Positions 49,347-59,629 of a stretch of 64,000 nt of DNA are shown piece after piece. The stretch lies in IMG/VR virus record IMGVR_UViG_3300005662_000024. One strand, given 5' to 3'. Positions within the stretch are counted from its first letter, which is position 1. The number at the start of each line of letters is the position of its first letter. Source of the stretch: a virus. The notes under the pieces are model-generated. The model did no database searches, was not told the origin of the DNA, and was given only the letters and a program-made list of their open reading frames with translations. Both the position numbers and the translations under genes were made by a program.

Positions 49347-49931
49347 ATGCAGATGGAAAGTTTATCTGTAATAGATGTAAAACCTTGCTACGAGCATGCG
49401 TGCGTATATTCTTCAGTTTGGTCAAGCGCTTGGCCAAATATTGCCATTAAAGCAGGGTATTCTATAGATCAAATTCTAGAAAGATTAGAAGTAAGATCAA
49501 TTTCTTGGTGGATTAAAGCGATAGAAAAAATGCCCCTCGCTTTCTATGTAAAAAATAATAATACTGGAGCCACTGGCATATCATACCTAATGTATGACAC
49601 TGATATTTTACTTCTATCAGGTAAAGATGTTACAGACGAAGACATAAAAAAATATAATAAATACCCAAATGTTTATTCATTTCTTGAAAAAGAAACATGG
49701 GGAACTTCTTTGTCTAAAGAGCTAGGAAAAAATTTAGTTAAAAAAACTTTAAATAAAAATATAACCGTATTTGGTGGATGGGTTATGAAGACAAACGAAA
49801 GATCCGCAGCAGCTGCTAAAAAAGGTAATTGGAAACTAGAAAAAGAAAAAGACTCTCCAATTTGGGAGAAGGATATTGATTTTTCATATTGGTTATTTGA
49901 TAATAGTAATTTTACAAAAAAAGAGAATTAA
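49347..49931 (+). CDS. GNAT-like acetyltransferase (start may be leaderless ATG 49353)
   Basis: YSFLEKETWGTSLSKEL and WVMKTNERSAAAAKKGNW resemble GNAT motifs A and B. Confidence 0.5.
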   Translation: MQMESLSVIDVKPCYEHACVYSSVWSSAWPNIAIKAGYSIDQILERLEVRSISWWIKAIEKMPLAFYVKNNNTGATGISYLMYDTDILLLSGKDVTDEDIKKYNKYPNVYSFLEKETWGTSLSKELGKNLVKKTLNKNITVFGGWVMKTNERSAAAAKKGNWKLEKEKDSPIWEKDIDFSYWLFDNSNFTKKEN

Positions 49932-49933
49932 CT

Positions 49934-50608
49934 ATGATTGTAATAGATGACTATATTAAAGATAAAAGTATTTTAAATAGAATAAAAGAAGATAGTACAT
50001 TTTTTCCAGGAATAATGAACTCAGAGGAAAAATTAGTATCAGAACCAAATTCCTATCACTATGAAGAATCATCATGCTTTGCCCCGTATATGTTTTGGGA
50101 CGGTTGGTGGAGAAGTGATACCAATACTCTTAAAAAAGAAATTATAAAACAAATATGGGAACCTCATTTAAATTACCCATTAGAAGATATATTAGGTTTT
50201 GAATATTGGACAAGAACTTACAACGCCGGCCAATACTTGCCTATTCATGTTGATGAAGATACTTTCCTTTATGAGAAAGAAAGAATATATGCCGGTCCAA
50301 TAGCTGGATCAATTTATTATGGATGCGAAAATGAAGAAGGTGGTTTTTTGGAGATACATCCAAAAAAATTAGTTGACCATACCAAAGATGTGCTTGAGCA
50401 AGATATGGTTAAGGATTATATAGCTCCAATAGAGTTAAGAGAAAGAATTGCCTATAAATCTAATAGATTAATTATGTTTGATGCAGGACATGTACTTCAT
50501 AGTGCTACAGCAGCAAAATCTGGAGTAAGAGAAGTTATGGTTGTAAATGTTTGGCATAAGAGTGTTCCTCCTATGGCTTTAAAAATTGGTTCTTTTTATT
50601 ATGAATAA
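49934..50608 (+). CDS. 2OG-Fe(II) oxygenase
   Basis: EYWTR, HVDED, GGFLEI, NRLIMFD...LHS...R. Confidence 0.85.
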   Translation: MIVIDDYIKDKSILNRIKEDSTFFPGIMNSEEKLVSEPNSYHYEESSCFAPYMFWDGWWRSDTNTLKKEIIKQIWEPHLNYPLEDILGFEYWTRTYNAGQYLPIHVDEDTFLYEKERIYAGPIAGSIYYGCENEEGGFLEIHPKKLVDHTKDVLEQDMVKDYIAPIELRERIAYKSNRLIMFDAGHVLHSATAAKSGVREVMVVNVWHKSVPPMALKIGSFYYE

Positions 50609-51374
50609 AATGTATAATAATAAAAAAATACTAGAAGCACAAAAGACTATTAAAATAATCGATAATTACATAGAAGACAATAATCTTTTAAAAGATATAG
50701 AAAATGATTCTAGTTTTTTTCCAAATAAAATGGGAGACGATCCAAGACAGTTGAAAACAGGAAATATATATCATGGAGAATCTAGCATATATTCCCCATG
50801 GATGTTTTGGGATGGATGGTGGAAAAGTCCAGCAGATACTGTCAAAAAAAGGTTAGTTCAACAAATTTGGGAACCCAATCTACCATGTAGTACAGATGAA
50901 GTAGTTGGATTTGAGTACTGGACAAGAACCTATGGTCCCGGGCAGTATCTACCTCTTCATTTAGATGAAGACACTTTTCTTTATGAAAGAACAGGTGAAT
51001 TTAGGTGTCCAGTTTTAGGCGCAGTGTACTATGCCCACTTCGACGTAGATGATGATAACGAGGCTGGTTTTTTAGAAATTCATTCTGGTCAAGTTGACAT
51101 TGATCTAAATAAAAGATATCAATTAGCTACATTCCAAGGTGAAGATGAAGATAAAGAAAAAAGCATTGCCCTAATGAGCCATTATAGGCCACAAAGTCAG
51201 GTAGATAAAATAGCTTATATTCCTAATAGATTAATTATATTTGACGCAGGAATGGTAATACATGGAACAACTAAAAATGGTAATAATGGAAAACGCTATA
51301 TTATGGGAATTAATGTTTGGCATAAAGATAATCCACCAATAGGCTACACGGAAAAACTATTTGTTTTTGAATAA
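50601..51374 (+). CDS. 2OG-Fe(II) oxygenase, tandem paralog of 49934..50608
   Basis: MFWDGWW, EYWTR, HLDED, NRLIIFD...IHG...R. Confidence 0.85.
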   Translation: MNKMYNNKKILEAQKTIKIIDNYIEDNNLLKDIENDSSFFPNKMGDDPRQLKTGNIYHGESSIYSPWMFWDGWWKSPADTVKKRLVQQIWEPNLPCSTDEVVGFEYWTRTYGPGQYLPLHLDEDTFLYERTGEFRCPVLGAVYYAHFDVDDDNEAGFLEIHSGQVDIDLNKRYQLATFQGEDEDKEKSIALMSHYRPQSQVDKIAYIPNRLIIFDAGMVIHGTTKNGNNGKRYIMGINVWHKDNPPIGYTEKLFVFE

Positions 51375-51422
51375 TATACTGTGATATACTTATTGTGTTT
51401 CTAGAATAAAGGAATTATTTTA

Positions 51423-51725
51423 ATGCTCGGAAAGTGGAAATTATCAGTTGATACTCCTTTTGGAGATGAGGTTTATACTTTTGATCTATTTTCAGATGAA
51501 AATGGTTTTTATGGAATCATTGGAAATGATAAGGGATTTTTAAAGCTTACAAGTATAAAAATATCAGACGGAAAATTTATACATTGGGAAGAAACAGCTC
51601 AAACTCCAATAAAAGCAAAAGTTATTTTTGATGGATCAATAGAAGGTAGTTTAATGTTTGGATCTATTAAAATAGATGAGTATTTAAAAGTAAACTTTGA
51701 AGGAGCGTTAAATGAGTCTATATAA
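51423..51725 (+). CDS. hypothetical beta-rich protein
   Basis: GKWKLSVDTPFG N-terminus; coupled to the GPx-like gene. Confidence 0.7.
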   Translation: MLGKWKLSVDTPFGDEVYTFDLFSDENGFYGIIGNDKGFLKLTSIKISDGKFIHWEETAQTPIKAKVIFDGSIEGSLMFGSIKIDEYLKVNFEGALNESI

Positions 51726-52326
51726 AATAGAAGCTTGTTCTATTTCCGGAGAAAAAAGCTATCTTTCAAAATTTGATGGACAAGTAACATTAGTAGTTAA
51801 TATAGCATCTAAATCTGGATATACCCCTCACTGCTCAAATCTATGGTCCTATGCTAGAACGTGTAGACAATTGTGGCAGCTTCAAAAGGTTCATGATGAA
51901 TTTAAGGACAGAGGTTTTTCCGTACTAGCATTTCCATGTAATCAATTTGGGTCACAGGATCCAGGAACAAATGAAGAAATAAAAAATTTTATAGAAAAAA
52001 ATTATAGCTTTGTAAGTTTTCCAATATTTGAAAAAGTAGAAGTAAATGGAAAAAATGAACACGATGCGTTTGCCTATCTTAAAGGCGTTGAAAAAAGAAA
52101 CTATGATGACTTTACTGCAAATACTTCAGATGAAGCAATAAAAAATCAAAACTTAGCTGGCCAAGCAATAGCTAGAATACCACATGGTTATGAAAAATTT
52201 CTTGTTTCAAGAGATGGAAAAATGATAGCAAGATTTAATTGGCAAGATATGCCACTAGATGAAGTTCCTAGAGTACAAGGTGCTGGATGGACTATTAGGC
52301 AAGCAATAGATGAGGTATTGGGATGA
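51712..52326 (+). CDS. glutathione peroxidase-like protein with altered active site
   Basis: LVVNIASKSG, VLAFPCNQFG, EKVEVNG, EKFLV. Confidence 0.85.
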   Translation: MSLYKIEACSISGEKSYLSKFDGQVTLVVNIASKSGYTPHCSNLWSYARTCRQLWQLQKVHDEFKDRGFSVLAFPCNQFGSQDPGTNEEIKNFIEKNYSFVSFPIFEKVEVNGKNEHDAFAYLKGVEKRNYDDFTANTSDEAIKNQNLAGQAIARIPHGYEKFLVSRDGKMIARFNWQDMPLDEVPRVQGAGWTIRQAIDEVLG

Positions 52327-53456
52327 TAGAAGAAGATTGGTCAAAAAGAAATACAGATAATTTAAATTCTGATCCGTATCCTGTTTCTCCTGAAATAAAA
52401 GAAAAAGAAATATTAGAAATAGGACAATTTGAATCCGAGGAATTAGCTCCTGGTGTAGTTGTTATACATAATGTTTTTGATTTAGATCAAGAAAAAATCC
52501 TATCACATATAGATTCAAGAGTTGAAGTAGCAAATAAAAATAGATGGAAATGGATAACTGCAGAAGATGGTCAGGAATATGCCATAAACGAAGATGGATT
52601 TAGATATAGGCCAGAAGATGTCCCATCTGCTCCTGTTAGAATACTTGATCCAGTTAACCCAAATACAGAAAAAGAAATTAAAGATTGGTTTATTTATTTA
52701 GAAGATCAAATATATAAAGCCCTTATTAAATATATAGATTATTACCCTTTAATGATAGGATCGATTTGGTGGAAAACAAGAGGGCACATATTAAGATATG
52801 GTGATGGTGGAATACTCGGCTGCCATGCTGATAATGATACTAACTATAAGGTAACTAAAGGCATTAGGTATATGCCAAGAGGAATGGTGGCATCTAGGCA
52901 GACTTGTGGAGCTTTACTTTATCTAAATGACTGGGTTGAGACCGAAGAAGATTTAAATGGAAAGAATTTCACTGGTGGACATTTAAGATTTGTTCATTTA
53001 AATGTTTCATATAAACCAAAAAAGGGTGACGTAATATTTTTTCCAACTAATTATGTAGCAGCCCATGATGTAGAAAGAATGGGAAAAGGAGTAAGATACT
53101 CCTATCTGACATTCTTTGGCCAAGGTGCTAGTGATAAATCTGCCAATATAGTCATAAGTGAACCAGAAGAAAGCTTTGAATGGTGTCCTCCAGTTTGGTT
53201 TAATAATATATTTGATGACTACGAATACTACTGTAGATCTGAGCACTCTAGGTGGGAAAATAACGCTGAAAAATACGGGTTAGAAGCTGGATGGAATCCC
53301 GTATATCAAGGTAGAGAAGTTGCCCAGTATAGTAAGAGTCATGAAGCTGTTGAATTGAATAAGGAAGATTTAGAAGAAAATAAGAATAAGGTAGAAGAAC
53401 ACTCAGAAGACCTTCCAGAAGGACCATGTAATACGGTTCCGCAAAAAATAAAGTAG
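52323..53456 (+). CDS. prolyl-hydroxylase-like 2OG-Fe(II) oxygenase
   Basis: CHADND, LYLND, FTGGHL, FPTNYVAAHDV...GVRYS. Confidence 0.88.
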   Translation: MIEEDWSKRNTDNLNSDPYPVSPEIKEKEILEIGQFESEELAPGVVVIHNVFDLDQEKILSHIDSRVEVANKNRWKWITAEDGQEYAINEDGFRYRPEDVPSAPVRILDPVNPNTEKEIKDWFIYLEDQIYKALIKYIDYYPLMIGSIWWKTRGHILRYGDGGILGCHADNDTNYKVTKGIRYMPRGMVASRQTCGALLYLNDWVETEEDLNGKNFTGGHLRFVHLNVSYKPKKGDVIFFPTNYVAAHDVERMGKGVRYSYLTFFGQGASDKSANIVISEPEESFEWCPPVWFNNIFDDYEYYCRSEHSRWENNAEKYGLEAGWNPVYQGREVAQYSKSHEAVELNKEDLEENKNKVEEHSEDLPEGPCNTVPQKIK

Positions 53457-53463
53457 AACTATT

Positions 53464-54387
53464 ATGGAAATAATCAACTTAGGTACTGGAATAGTTCTTT
53501 TTAGAAATGCAATTGATGTTGATCAAGATTTTATTATTCCATATTTGTATTCATTAAAAAATGAAGCAGTAAAAAAAGATTATACAATAATATATAATGA
53601 AAACGGAGTAGCCTCCCACGCTGTAAATAGATCTGGACACAGATATGTGATAGAAGATATAGAAACTTCATGTTCACATATTATGGAATTTGCTACTCCA
53701 GATAAAGATCAAAAATATATAGATTTTTTTACGAATTGTGAAAATTTAATATATAGTTGTTTATTGCGATATGTAGAAATTTTTCCTATGATACTTCCAT
53801 GTCTATGGTGGAGAACTCAAGGTCATATTGTTGCCTATTCTCCTGGTAGTAGCTTTGGTCTTCATTGCGATAATGATGTTAACTATAAACCAGGAGCGAT
53901 ACCAGATCAACAGCTTGCAATAAGAAATGTCGTTGGCGCTATAATGTACTTTAACAGTTCTTATGATTCACCTGAAGAAAAAGATAAGCATGGATATACT
54001 GGAGGACAAATATTTTTTCCATATGCAAACATTGAATATTCTCCAAAATCTGGAGATATCATAATGTTTCCTTCAAACTATTTGGCTACACATGAAGTTT
54101 TTCCATGTCAAGACGGCTATAGATATGGCTATGTTGGATACTTTGCACAAGGGTCTCCAGATGAAGAAAGAGGAATTCATATTAGAGATAAGTCTGATAT
54201 AGTAGATAGCGGACAAGTTTGGATGCCAGAGCTATTTGATGATTATATAGAATATGTTACAGGTAAATATGGCAACGATACCGATAAAATATCTACTCTT
54301 TTAAGAGCATCTGGTAGAATTAGTACAAGTAATAACACTAAACAAGAAGTGGAAAAAGAAAGAAATAAACAAAATGAGATTCAATGA
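53464..54387 (+). CDS. prolyl-hydroxylase-like 2OG-Fe(II) oxygenase
   Basis: HCDND, YTGGQIFF, FPSNYLATHEV...GYRY. Confidence 0.88.
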   Translation: MEIINLGTGIVLFRNAIDVDQDFIIPYLYSLKNEAVKKDYTIIYNENGVASHAVNRSGHRYVIEDIETSCSHIMEFATPDKDQKYIDFFTNCENLIYSCLLRYVEIFPMILPCLWWRTQGHIVAYSPGSSFGLHCDNDVNYKPGAIPDQQLAIRNVVGAIMYFNSSYDSPEEKDKHGYTGGQIFFPYANIEYSPKSGDIIMFPSNYLATHEVFPCQDGYRYGYVGYFAQGSPDEERGIHIRDKSDIVDSGQVWMPELFDDYIEYVTGKYGNDTDKISTLLRASGRISTSNNTKQEVEKERNKQNEIQ

Positions 54388-55255
54388 CGTTAATGCAGAA
54401 CATTTAGGTGGCGGTGTTGTTCTTTTTAGAAACTGTATAGACTTAGATTGGGATTGGGTTCAAAGTAAGGTAGAGGGTTTTATTGAAGATGAGTGGAACG
54501 AGATGTATAAGCCTGGAATTGATCCAGAAACTGGACAAGAGATATACGTAAACAGAAGTGGCTATTTTTTTGGCCTAGATAGCATAAACCTAATGCCGAA
54601 GAGAGCATCTGCAACTCATCAAAGAAAAGACTCAGATGTTATGGAATTTCTTAAGTTTATGGAAGATTCAAAAGATAAATATCTTTTAAAATACTTAGAA
54701 TTATTTCCACTAGCCTTTAAGTGCATATGGTGGAAAGTTAAAGGACATTTTCTTAAGTATGTAAAGGGAGTTTACCTTGGTACTCATTCCGATGTAAGTG
54801 CAGATTATATATATGGAGTCTGGGAACCTAATGAGCAGCTAGCCCTTAGAAGTATGGTTACAAATCTTTTATACCTTAATGATCATGTTGATACCGAAGA
54901 AGAATTAAATGGTAAAAATTTTACTGGTGGAGAGCACTATTTTAATTATTTAGATATAACATATAAACCAAAAAAGGGAGACCTTTTAATGTTTCCTTCT
55001 AATTACATGGGAGCACATGAGGTTAAAATGGTATCCGGAGGAGTTAGGTACTCATATCTAGGATGGTATAGTCAAGGAACTCCAAATCCAGCTGTTAACG
55101 AAAGTGTAACAGATCCAATAAAAGACCCAACAAATGCACTTCACGACACAAATATCTACATGCCAACCCTTGCTCAAGATTTTAGAGAATATTTAAAATC
55201 AAAAGGTTATGACGAATCTTCTGATAAATATAGAATTACTCAATCAAATTATTAA
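54374..55255 (+). CDS. prolyl-hydroxylase-like 2OG-Fe(II) oxygenase
   Basis: HSD, LYLND, FTGGEH, FPSNYMGAHEV...GVRYS. Confidence 0.88.
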   Translation: MRFNDVNAEHLGGGVVLFRNCIDLDWDWVQSKVEGFIEDEWNEMYKPGIDPETGQEIYVNRSGYFFGLDSINLMPKRASATHQRKDSDVMEFLKFMEDSKDKYLLKYLELFPLAFKCIWWKVKGHFLKYVKGVYLGTHSDVSADYIYGVWEPNEQLALRSMVTNLLYLNDHVDTEEELNGKNFTGGEHYFNYLDITYKPKKGDLLMFPSNYMGAHEVKMVSGGVRYSYLGWYSQGTPNPAVNESVTDPIKDPTNALHDTNIYMPTLAQDFREYLKSKGYDESSDKYRITQSNY

Positions 55256-55256
55256 A

Positions 55257-56048
55257 ATGAATAAAAATAAAAAACCTATATCCATAATTATAAAACGTAA
55301 ATCAAATAATAGACCAGATGCAGGACACTGGGTTTTTAGTGAAATAGATAATAAATGGATAGAAAATTCTAATTTAATAGAAGAAATGAAATCTTTCTAT
55401 ACCCTAAGAAGAGAAGATGGAAGCAGTAAAGAAGTATTCCATGTAGATAGTTTTCCTAGACAAGGAAACACAACCTTAAGATCAATACTTCTTCAAGTAT
55501 TTCCAGATATACTGATACCAGATCCAATGGCTCATGTTACTTCTTCTACTTATGATCGCATAAAAAAAGGTGAAATAGTAATAAGTTCCATAAGAGACCC
55601 CCATGATGCGCTGAGTTCATTTATTAGCAGGACAATTTTTACGGATCAATTTAAAGATATTTATATAAGTAAAAATAAGATACCAAAAAAATGTATATTA
55701 TATTCTGTTAAATTTTATAATAGATATCTAGATTTTCTTATAGAAAATCAAAAACATGTTTATCTTATTCATTTTGATAAAATTGTAAAAATGCACACAG
55801 ACTACATTTGCTTTGAAGAATGTAATAATAAAATTCTTAAATTTTTTTCTGAAAAATATGATCTAAAATTTAAAAACGACAATAAGCCAAGACATGCTTC
55901 AATAAAGTATGATAGTTCAACTGACAACTATATTAAATCATTACTAATAACTAACAGATATTATTTAAGAAAAATTAAAAAATCTTACAAATTATATAAA
56001 AAAGCACTTGAAATAACTAATAAAAATGAAACACTATTTTCAGAATAA
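55257..56048 (+). CDS. sulfotransferase-like protein
   Basis: DSFPRQGNTTLR (5'-PSB-like) and IRDPHDALSS (3'-PB-like). Confidence 0.65.
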   Translation: MNKNKKPISIIIKRKSNNRPDAGHWVFSEIDNKWIENSNLIEEMKSFYTLRREDGSSKEVFHVDSFPRQGNTTLRSILLQVFPDILIPDPMAHVTSSTYDRIKKGEIVISSIRDPHDALSSFISRTIFTDQFKDIYISKNKIPKKCILYSVKFYNRYLDFLIENQKHVYLIHFDKIVKMHTDYICFEECNNKILKFFSEKYDLKFKNDNKPRHASIKYDSSTDNYIKSLLITNRYYLRKIKKSYKLYKKALEITNKNETLFSE

Positions 56049-56715
56049 TGCGCCAGACTCAGGTCCATGGATATATAGTGAAGAAAAAAACTTATGGATT
56101 GAGCCAAATATAAACAAAAATATAGACTGGGATAATTGGCCAGTTAGAAAAATAGATGAAAATACAACTGATATATTTTACGTAGATGGATTTCCTAGAC
56201 AAGCTACAAACACTTTTAGAAGAATGATCTTAGAGTGTTTTCCGACAATTGCAATTGTTGACGACATTTACCATATGGAGAATCCGTTTTATCAAAACAT
56301 TAAAATAGGTAAAAAATGTTTTTTAACAATAAGAGATCCATTAGACGCTATATCTTCTACATATGGATATACAAAAGCTGAAATAAATAACGAAACTATA
56401 CTTGACAGTATTATAAATTATTATCTTAGATTAACATCAATACCATTTAAGTTACCCTATACTTACAGTATAAGTGTAGTGGATTTTAATGATATAGTTA
56501 ATAGTCCATACTTAATTTTAAAAAAAATAAAAATAAAATTTAATATTGTAGAAGATAATCTACAAAAATATAAACATCTAGAAAAAACAAATATATATGA
56601 TAAAAACCATAACTTTACACAAAAAGAAGAAGTTATAAACTATCTAAAGCAAAATATACAAAAACTTGAAAAGTGCTATAATGTATATAATAGAATTAAA
56701 AAGGAAAAAATATGA
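56026..56715 (+). CDS. sulfotransferase-like protein, paralog of the previous gene
   Basis: DGFPRQATNTFR and IRDPLDAISS. Confidence 0.65.
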   Translation: MKHYFQNNAPDSGPWIYSEEKNLWIEPNINKNIDWDNWPVRKIDENTTDIFYVDGFPRQATNTFRRMILECFPTIAIVDDIYHMENPFYQNIKIGKKCFLTIRDPLDAISSTYGYTKAEINNETILDSIINYYLRLTSIPFKLPYTYSISVVDFNDIVNSPYLILKKIKIKFNIVEDNLQKYKHLEKTNIYDKNHNFTQKEEVINYLKQNIQKLEKCYNVYNRIKKEKI

Positions 56716-57494
56716 AAGTAAATAACCATGGTGGCGGTATAGTTTCTTTTGATAACGCCATAGAATTAGATAGAAATTTTTTTAATAGCTATATAAAGTG
56801 GCTTAGGGAAGCAGAAGAGGAAACATTTACATACTTAGAAGAAGATGGAAAAAAGTATGCAATAAACAAAACAGGTTTTAAATTTGAAATAAACGACATA
56901 CCAGAAGCTCCAGAAAGATTTGTTGACTTACTAGGAAAATCTTCAGGCAGAGAAGCTTCCGAAGAAGTAGTTAATTTTATAAAACAATGCGAAGATGCAC
57001 TGTATGAATGCCTTGTAGAGTACTGCGCTTTGTATCCTGAGGCTGCAACAACAATTTGGTGGAGAGGTTCAGCTCATATAGCTGGATACAATAAGGGTAG
57101 ATGGATTGGACCTCACTGTGATGATCAAATTCAATTTGAGTTTGATGGCCTTCCAAAAAATGAATATCCGATACACAATACTATAAGTTGTGCGCTATAT
57201 TTTAATGATTGTGTTGATTCAGAAGAAGATCTAAATGGAGATAATTTTGTTGGCGGTCATATAAAATTCAAATACGCAGGAGTAGATTTTAGCCCTAAAG
57301 CAGGATCAGCAGTTTTATATCCATCTAGTTACATGGGAACTCATGAAGTTACTCCAGTTACTAGTGGCGAAAGATATGTATACTTAGAATTTTTTGCATA
57401 CGGAATACCAAAAAATTCACCAGGAACAGACCTGAAGTATATGCCAAACCTGATAAAGGATTCTTTAGAAAAGAAAAATAAAAATGGAAATTAA
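56712..57494 (+). CDS. prolyl-hydroxylase-like 2OG-Fe(II) oxygenase
   Basis: HCDD, LYFND, FVGGHI, YPSSYMGTHEV...GERY. Confidence 0.88.
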   Translation: MKVNNHGGGIVSFDNAIELDRNFFNSYIKWLREAEEETFTYLEEDGKKYAINKTGFKFEINDIPEAPERFVDLLGKSSGREASEEVVNFIKQCEDALYECLVEYCALYPEAATTIWWRGSAHIAGYNKGRWIGPHCDDQIQFEFDGLPKNEYPIHNTISCALYFNDCVDSEEDLNGDNFVGGHIKFKYAGVDFSPKAGSAVLYPSSYMGTHEVTPVTSGERYVYLEFFAYGIPKNSPGTDLKYMPNLIKDSLEKKNKNGN

Positions 57495-58317
57495 GAAACT
57501 TACCGGCAGCTTAGGGGCAGAAATATATGACGTAGATTTATCTAATCATATAGATGAAAATTTATTTAAACTAATAAATCAAGCTCTATTAGATAATCTT
57601 GTAATTGTTTTTAGAGATCAAAATTTGTCCCCTGAAAGACAAATCGAAATTAGTAAAATGTTTGGAGAACTTAATACCCATCCATATATAAAAGGAAATT
57701 CTAAATATCCAGAAATAATAGATGTTATTACAAATCCAGATGATACAGGAAATTTTGGTGGAGACTGGCACGCAGACGTAACGTTTTTGGATGAGCCAGA
57801 TGCAATAACTCTACTGTACGCAGTAGAACTGCCAAGTTATGGTGGAGATACTTTATTCTCTAATCAGATATTAGTTTATGAAAAAATGTCTGAAAAAATG
57901 AAAGAATTTATTGATAATCTTCACTCTAAGCATACTGTTGGATTAGTCTTTGGAAAAGGTGGATATTACTCTAACAATAACTTATCTGGAGTAGGGACAG
58001 ATAATCAATCAAAAGCAAATACTGAGGTAATACATCCATTGGTTGTGACTCATCCAGTTACAGGTAAAAAATCTCTTTATGTCAATTGGTCTTATACTAA
58101 TAGAATAGTTGAACTTTCAGTAGAGGAATCAAAGGCTATTTTAAAGTTACTTTTTGCGGCCTCTACAAAAGAAGTATTTACATGTAGGATAAAATGGGAA
58201 CCTGGAACTTTAGCGATATGGGATAATAGATCTGTAATACATAACGCCCTACATGATTACAAGGGTCAAAGAAGAGTTATGAGAAGAACTACAATAAAGG
58301 GTAAAAAGCCTTATTAG
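57484..58317 (+). CDS. TauD/TfdA family dioxygenase
   Basis: LGAEI, FRDQ, WHADVT, GGDTLF, HPLVVTHP, IWDNRSVIH. Confidence 0.92.
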   Translation: MEIKKLTGSLGAEIYDVDLSNHIDENLFKLINQALLDNLVIVFRDQNLSPERQIEISKMFGELNTHPYIKGNSKYPEIIDVITNPDDTGNFGGDWHADVTFLDEPDAITLLYAVELPSYGGDTLFSNQILVYEKMSEKMKEFIDNLHSKHTVGLVFGKGGYYSNNNLSGVGTDNQSKANTEVIHPLVVTHPVTGKKSLYVNWSYTNRIVELSVEESKAILKLLFAASTKEVFTCRIKWEPGTLAIWDNRSVIHNALHDYKGQRRVMRRTTIKGKKPY

Positions 58318-58367
58318 ATCTAATGCTTCGAGTTACTATTACGGTAAACATCTAGAAGGTAGATTTA

Positions 58368-58655
58368 ATGTTATATAATTCTCCAATTTCTTACAGCCAA
58401 CCAAATATCTACTATTCTGGCCCTGTTGCAATATTAGCACCGTCATTAAATTCGCCAATTATTTTAAATAATTTAACTTTATTAGTATTTACATCTGAAG
58501 ACTATACTCAAGCAACTACTATAGCAGTAGTGGGCATAGACTACGCTCCTTCTGGTATACTTGAAGTGCAAGTGTTGGATGAAGATGTGCAGGCATTTAT
58601 TGGCGTTGATACAGTTAGCATTTCGGTATCCGGCACCGTTAGTGTTTCAGTATAG
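58368..58655 (+). CDS. putative virion protein
   Basis: 95-aa ORF after TACTAT motif. Confidence 0.6.
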   Translation: MLYNSPISYSQPNIYYSGPVAILAPSLNSPIILNNLTLLVFTSEDYTQATTIAVVGIDYAPSGILEVQVLDEDVQAFIGVDTVSISVSGTVSVSV

Positions 58656-58726
58656 TTTAGTAATTTAATTCAGTTATATCGCTACTATATCAGTAAACAT
58701 ATTTTTTTAAAATTAGTGAGGTTTTA

Positions 58727-59629
58727 ATGTCAATTTCTCCAATAATGATAAACGATACGGTACGTCTTAAGGTTAAATTTATAGACATTGACCCAGAGAC
58801 AGGGGAGCAGACAGAAGTTTCTCCAGTTTCAGTAAGCCTAACTATCGACAATTCCGCTGGCCAAGAAGTACTTAGTACTACTCCAGTACAGTTAAGTTCT
58901 TACGAGTATTATTATGACTACACCCCTACAGCAGCTGGTGAATATACAATAAGATTTGTTGGAGTTCTTTCTTCTGGAACATATGTTACAGTTAATCAAC
59001 AAATATATGTTAGTACACCAACTTCAGACTTTAAGCCTTCAGTAACACTTGGGGCAGACGAAGTGCTATATTTTGCTGCAGATGTAACTCCATTATACTT
59101 GGATCCAGAAGAGTTACTTCCGTTTTTTCCAGATGCTACGCTAATAGAAATAGGCGAATTGATTCATCATTATTCATCCGAGGTTAAGCAAATATATTCA
59201 ATTTCTGACGATAGGGATCTAGACCCAAGATTAAATTTTACCGCTTTAGAATACATAAAAGCTGCTGCCGCATGTGAGCTAAGTAGAACTTATGGTTACG
59301 GAGGAGAAGATGAACTTTCAGTTAAACTTGGTGATTTGTCTATAACAAATAGATCACTTCCAAGGACCGGAGTAAATAGAGGTAATGCGACAACTTGGTG
59401 CCAACTTGCTGCGGCTCTTAGGAAAGAGTTATTAGCAAGTAAGGTATCAATGAAGGGAGTTCAACCTAAAGGTCTTCCTACTAATTTTGTTCCAACAACA
59501 GGAAAGTCAATAGATCCAGAAACTGGACTAGTTGTTCACTTGAGCGATAGAGATCTATTAGGTCCAGGAAGAAAAAACACCATAGTCGATGACCCAATGC
59601 CAAAAAGAGGCTTAAGAAGTCGTGACTAA
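58727..59629 (+). CDS. putative head-tail adaptor with N-terminal Ig-like domain
   Basis: YYYDYTPTAAGEYTIRF; SVKLGDLSI adaptor-type motif; position before neck and sheath genes. Confidence 0.6.
   Translation: MSISPIMINDTVRLKVKFIDIDPETGEQTEVSPVSVSLTIDNSAGQEVLSTTPVQLSSYEYYYDYTPTAAGEYTIRFVGVLSSGTYVTVNQQIYVSTPTSDFKPSVTLGADEVLYFAADVTPLYLDPEELLPFFPDATLIEIGELIHHYSSEVKQIYSISDDRDLDPRLNFTALEYIKAAAACELSRTYGYGGEDELSVKLGDLSITNRSLPRTGVNRGNATTWCQLAAALRKELLASKVSMKGVQPKGLPTNFVPTTGKSIDPETGLVVHLSDRDLLGPGRKNTIVDDPMPKRGLRSRD

Noticed and set aside
51790-51830. Selenocysteine in the GPx-like gene
   Set aside because: The codon at the catalytic position is TCT, not TGA.
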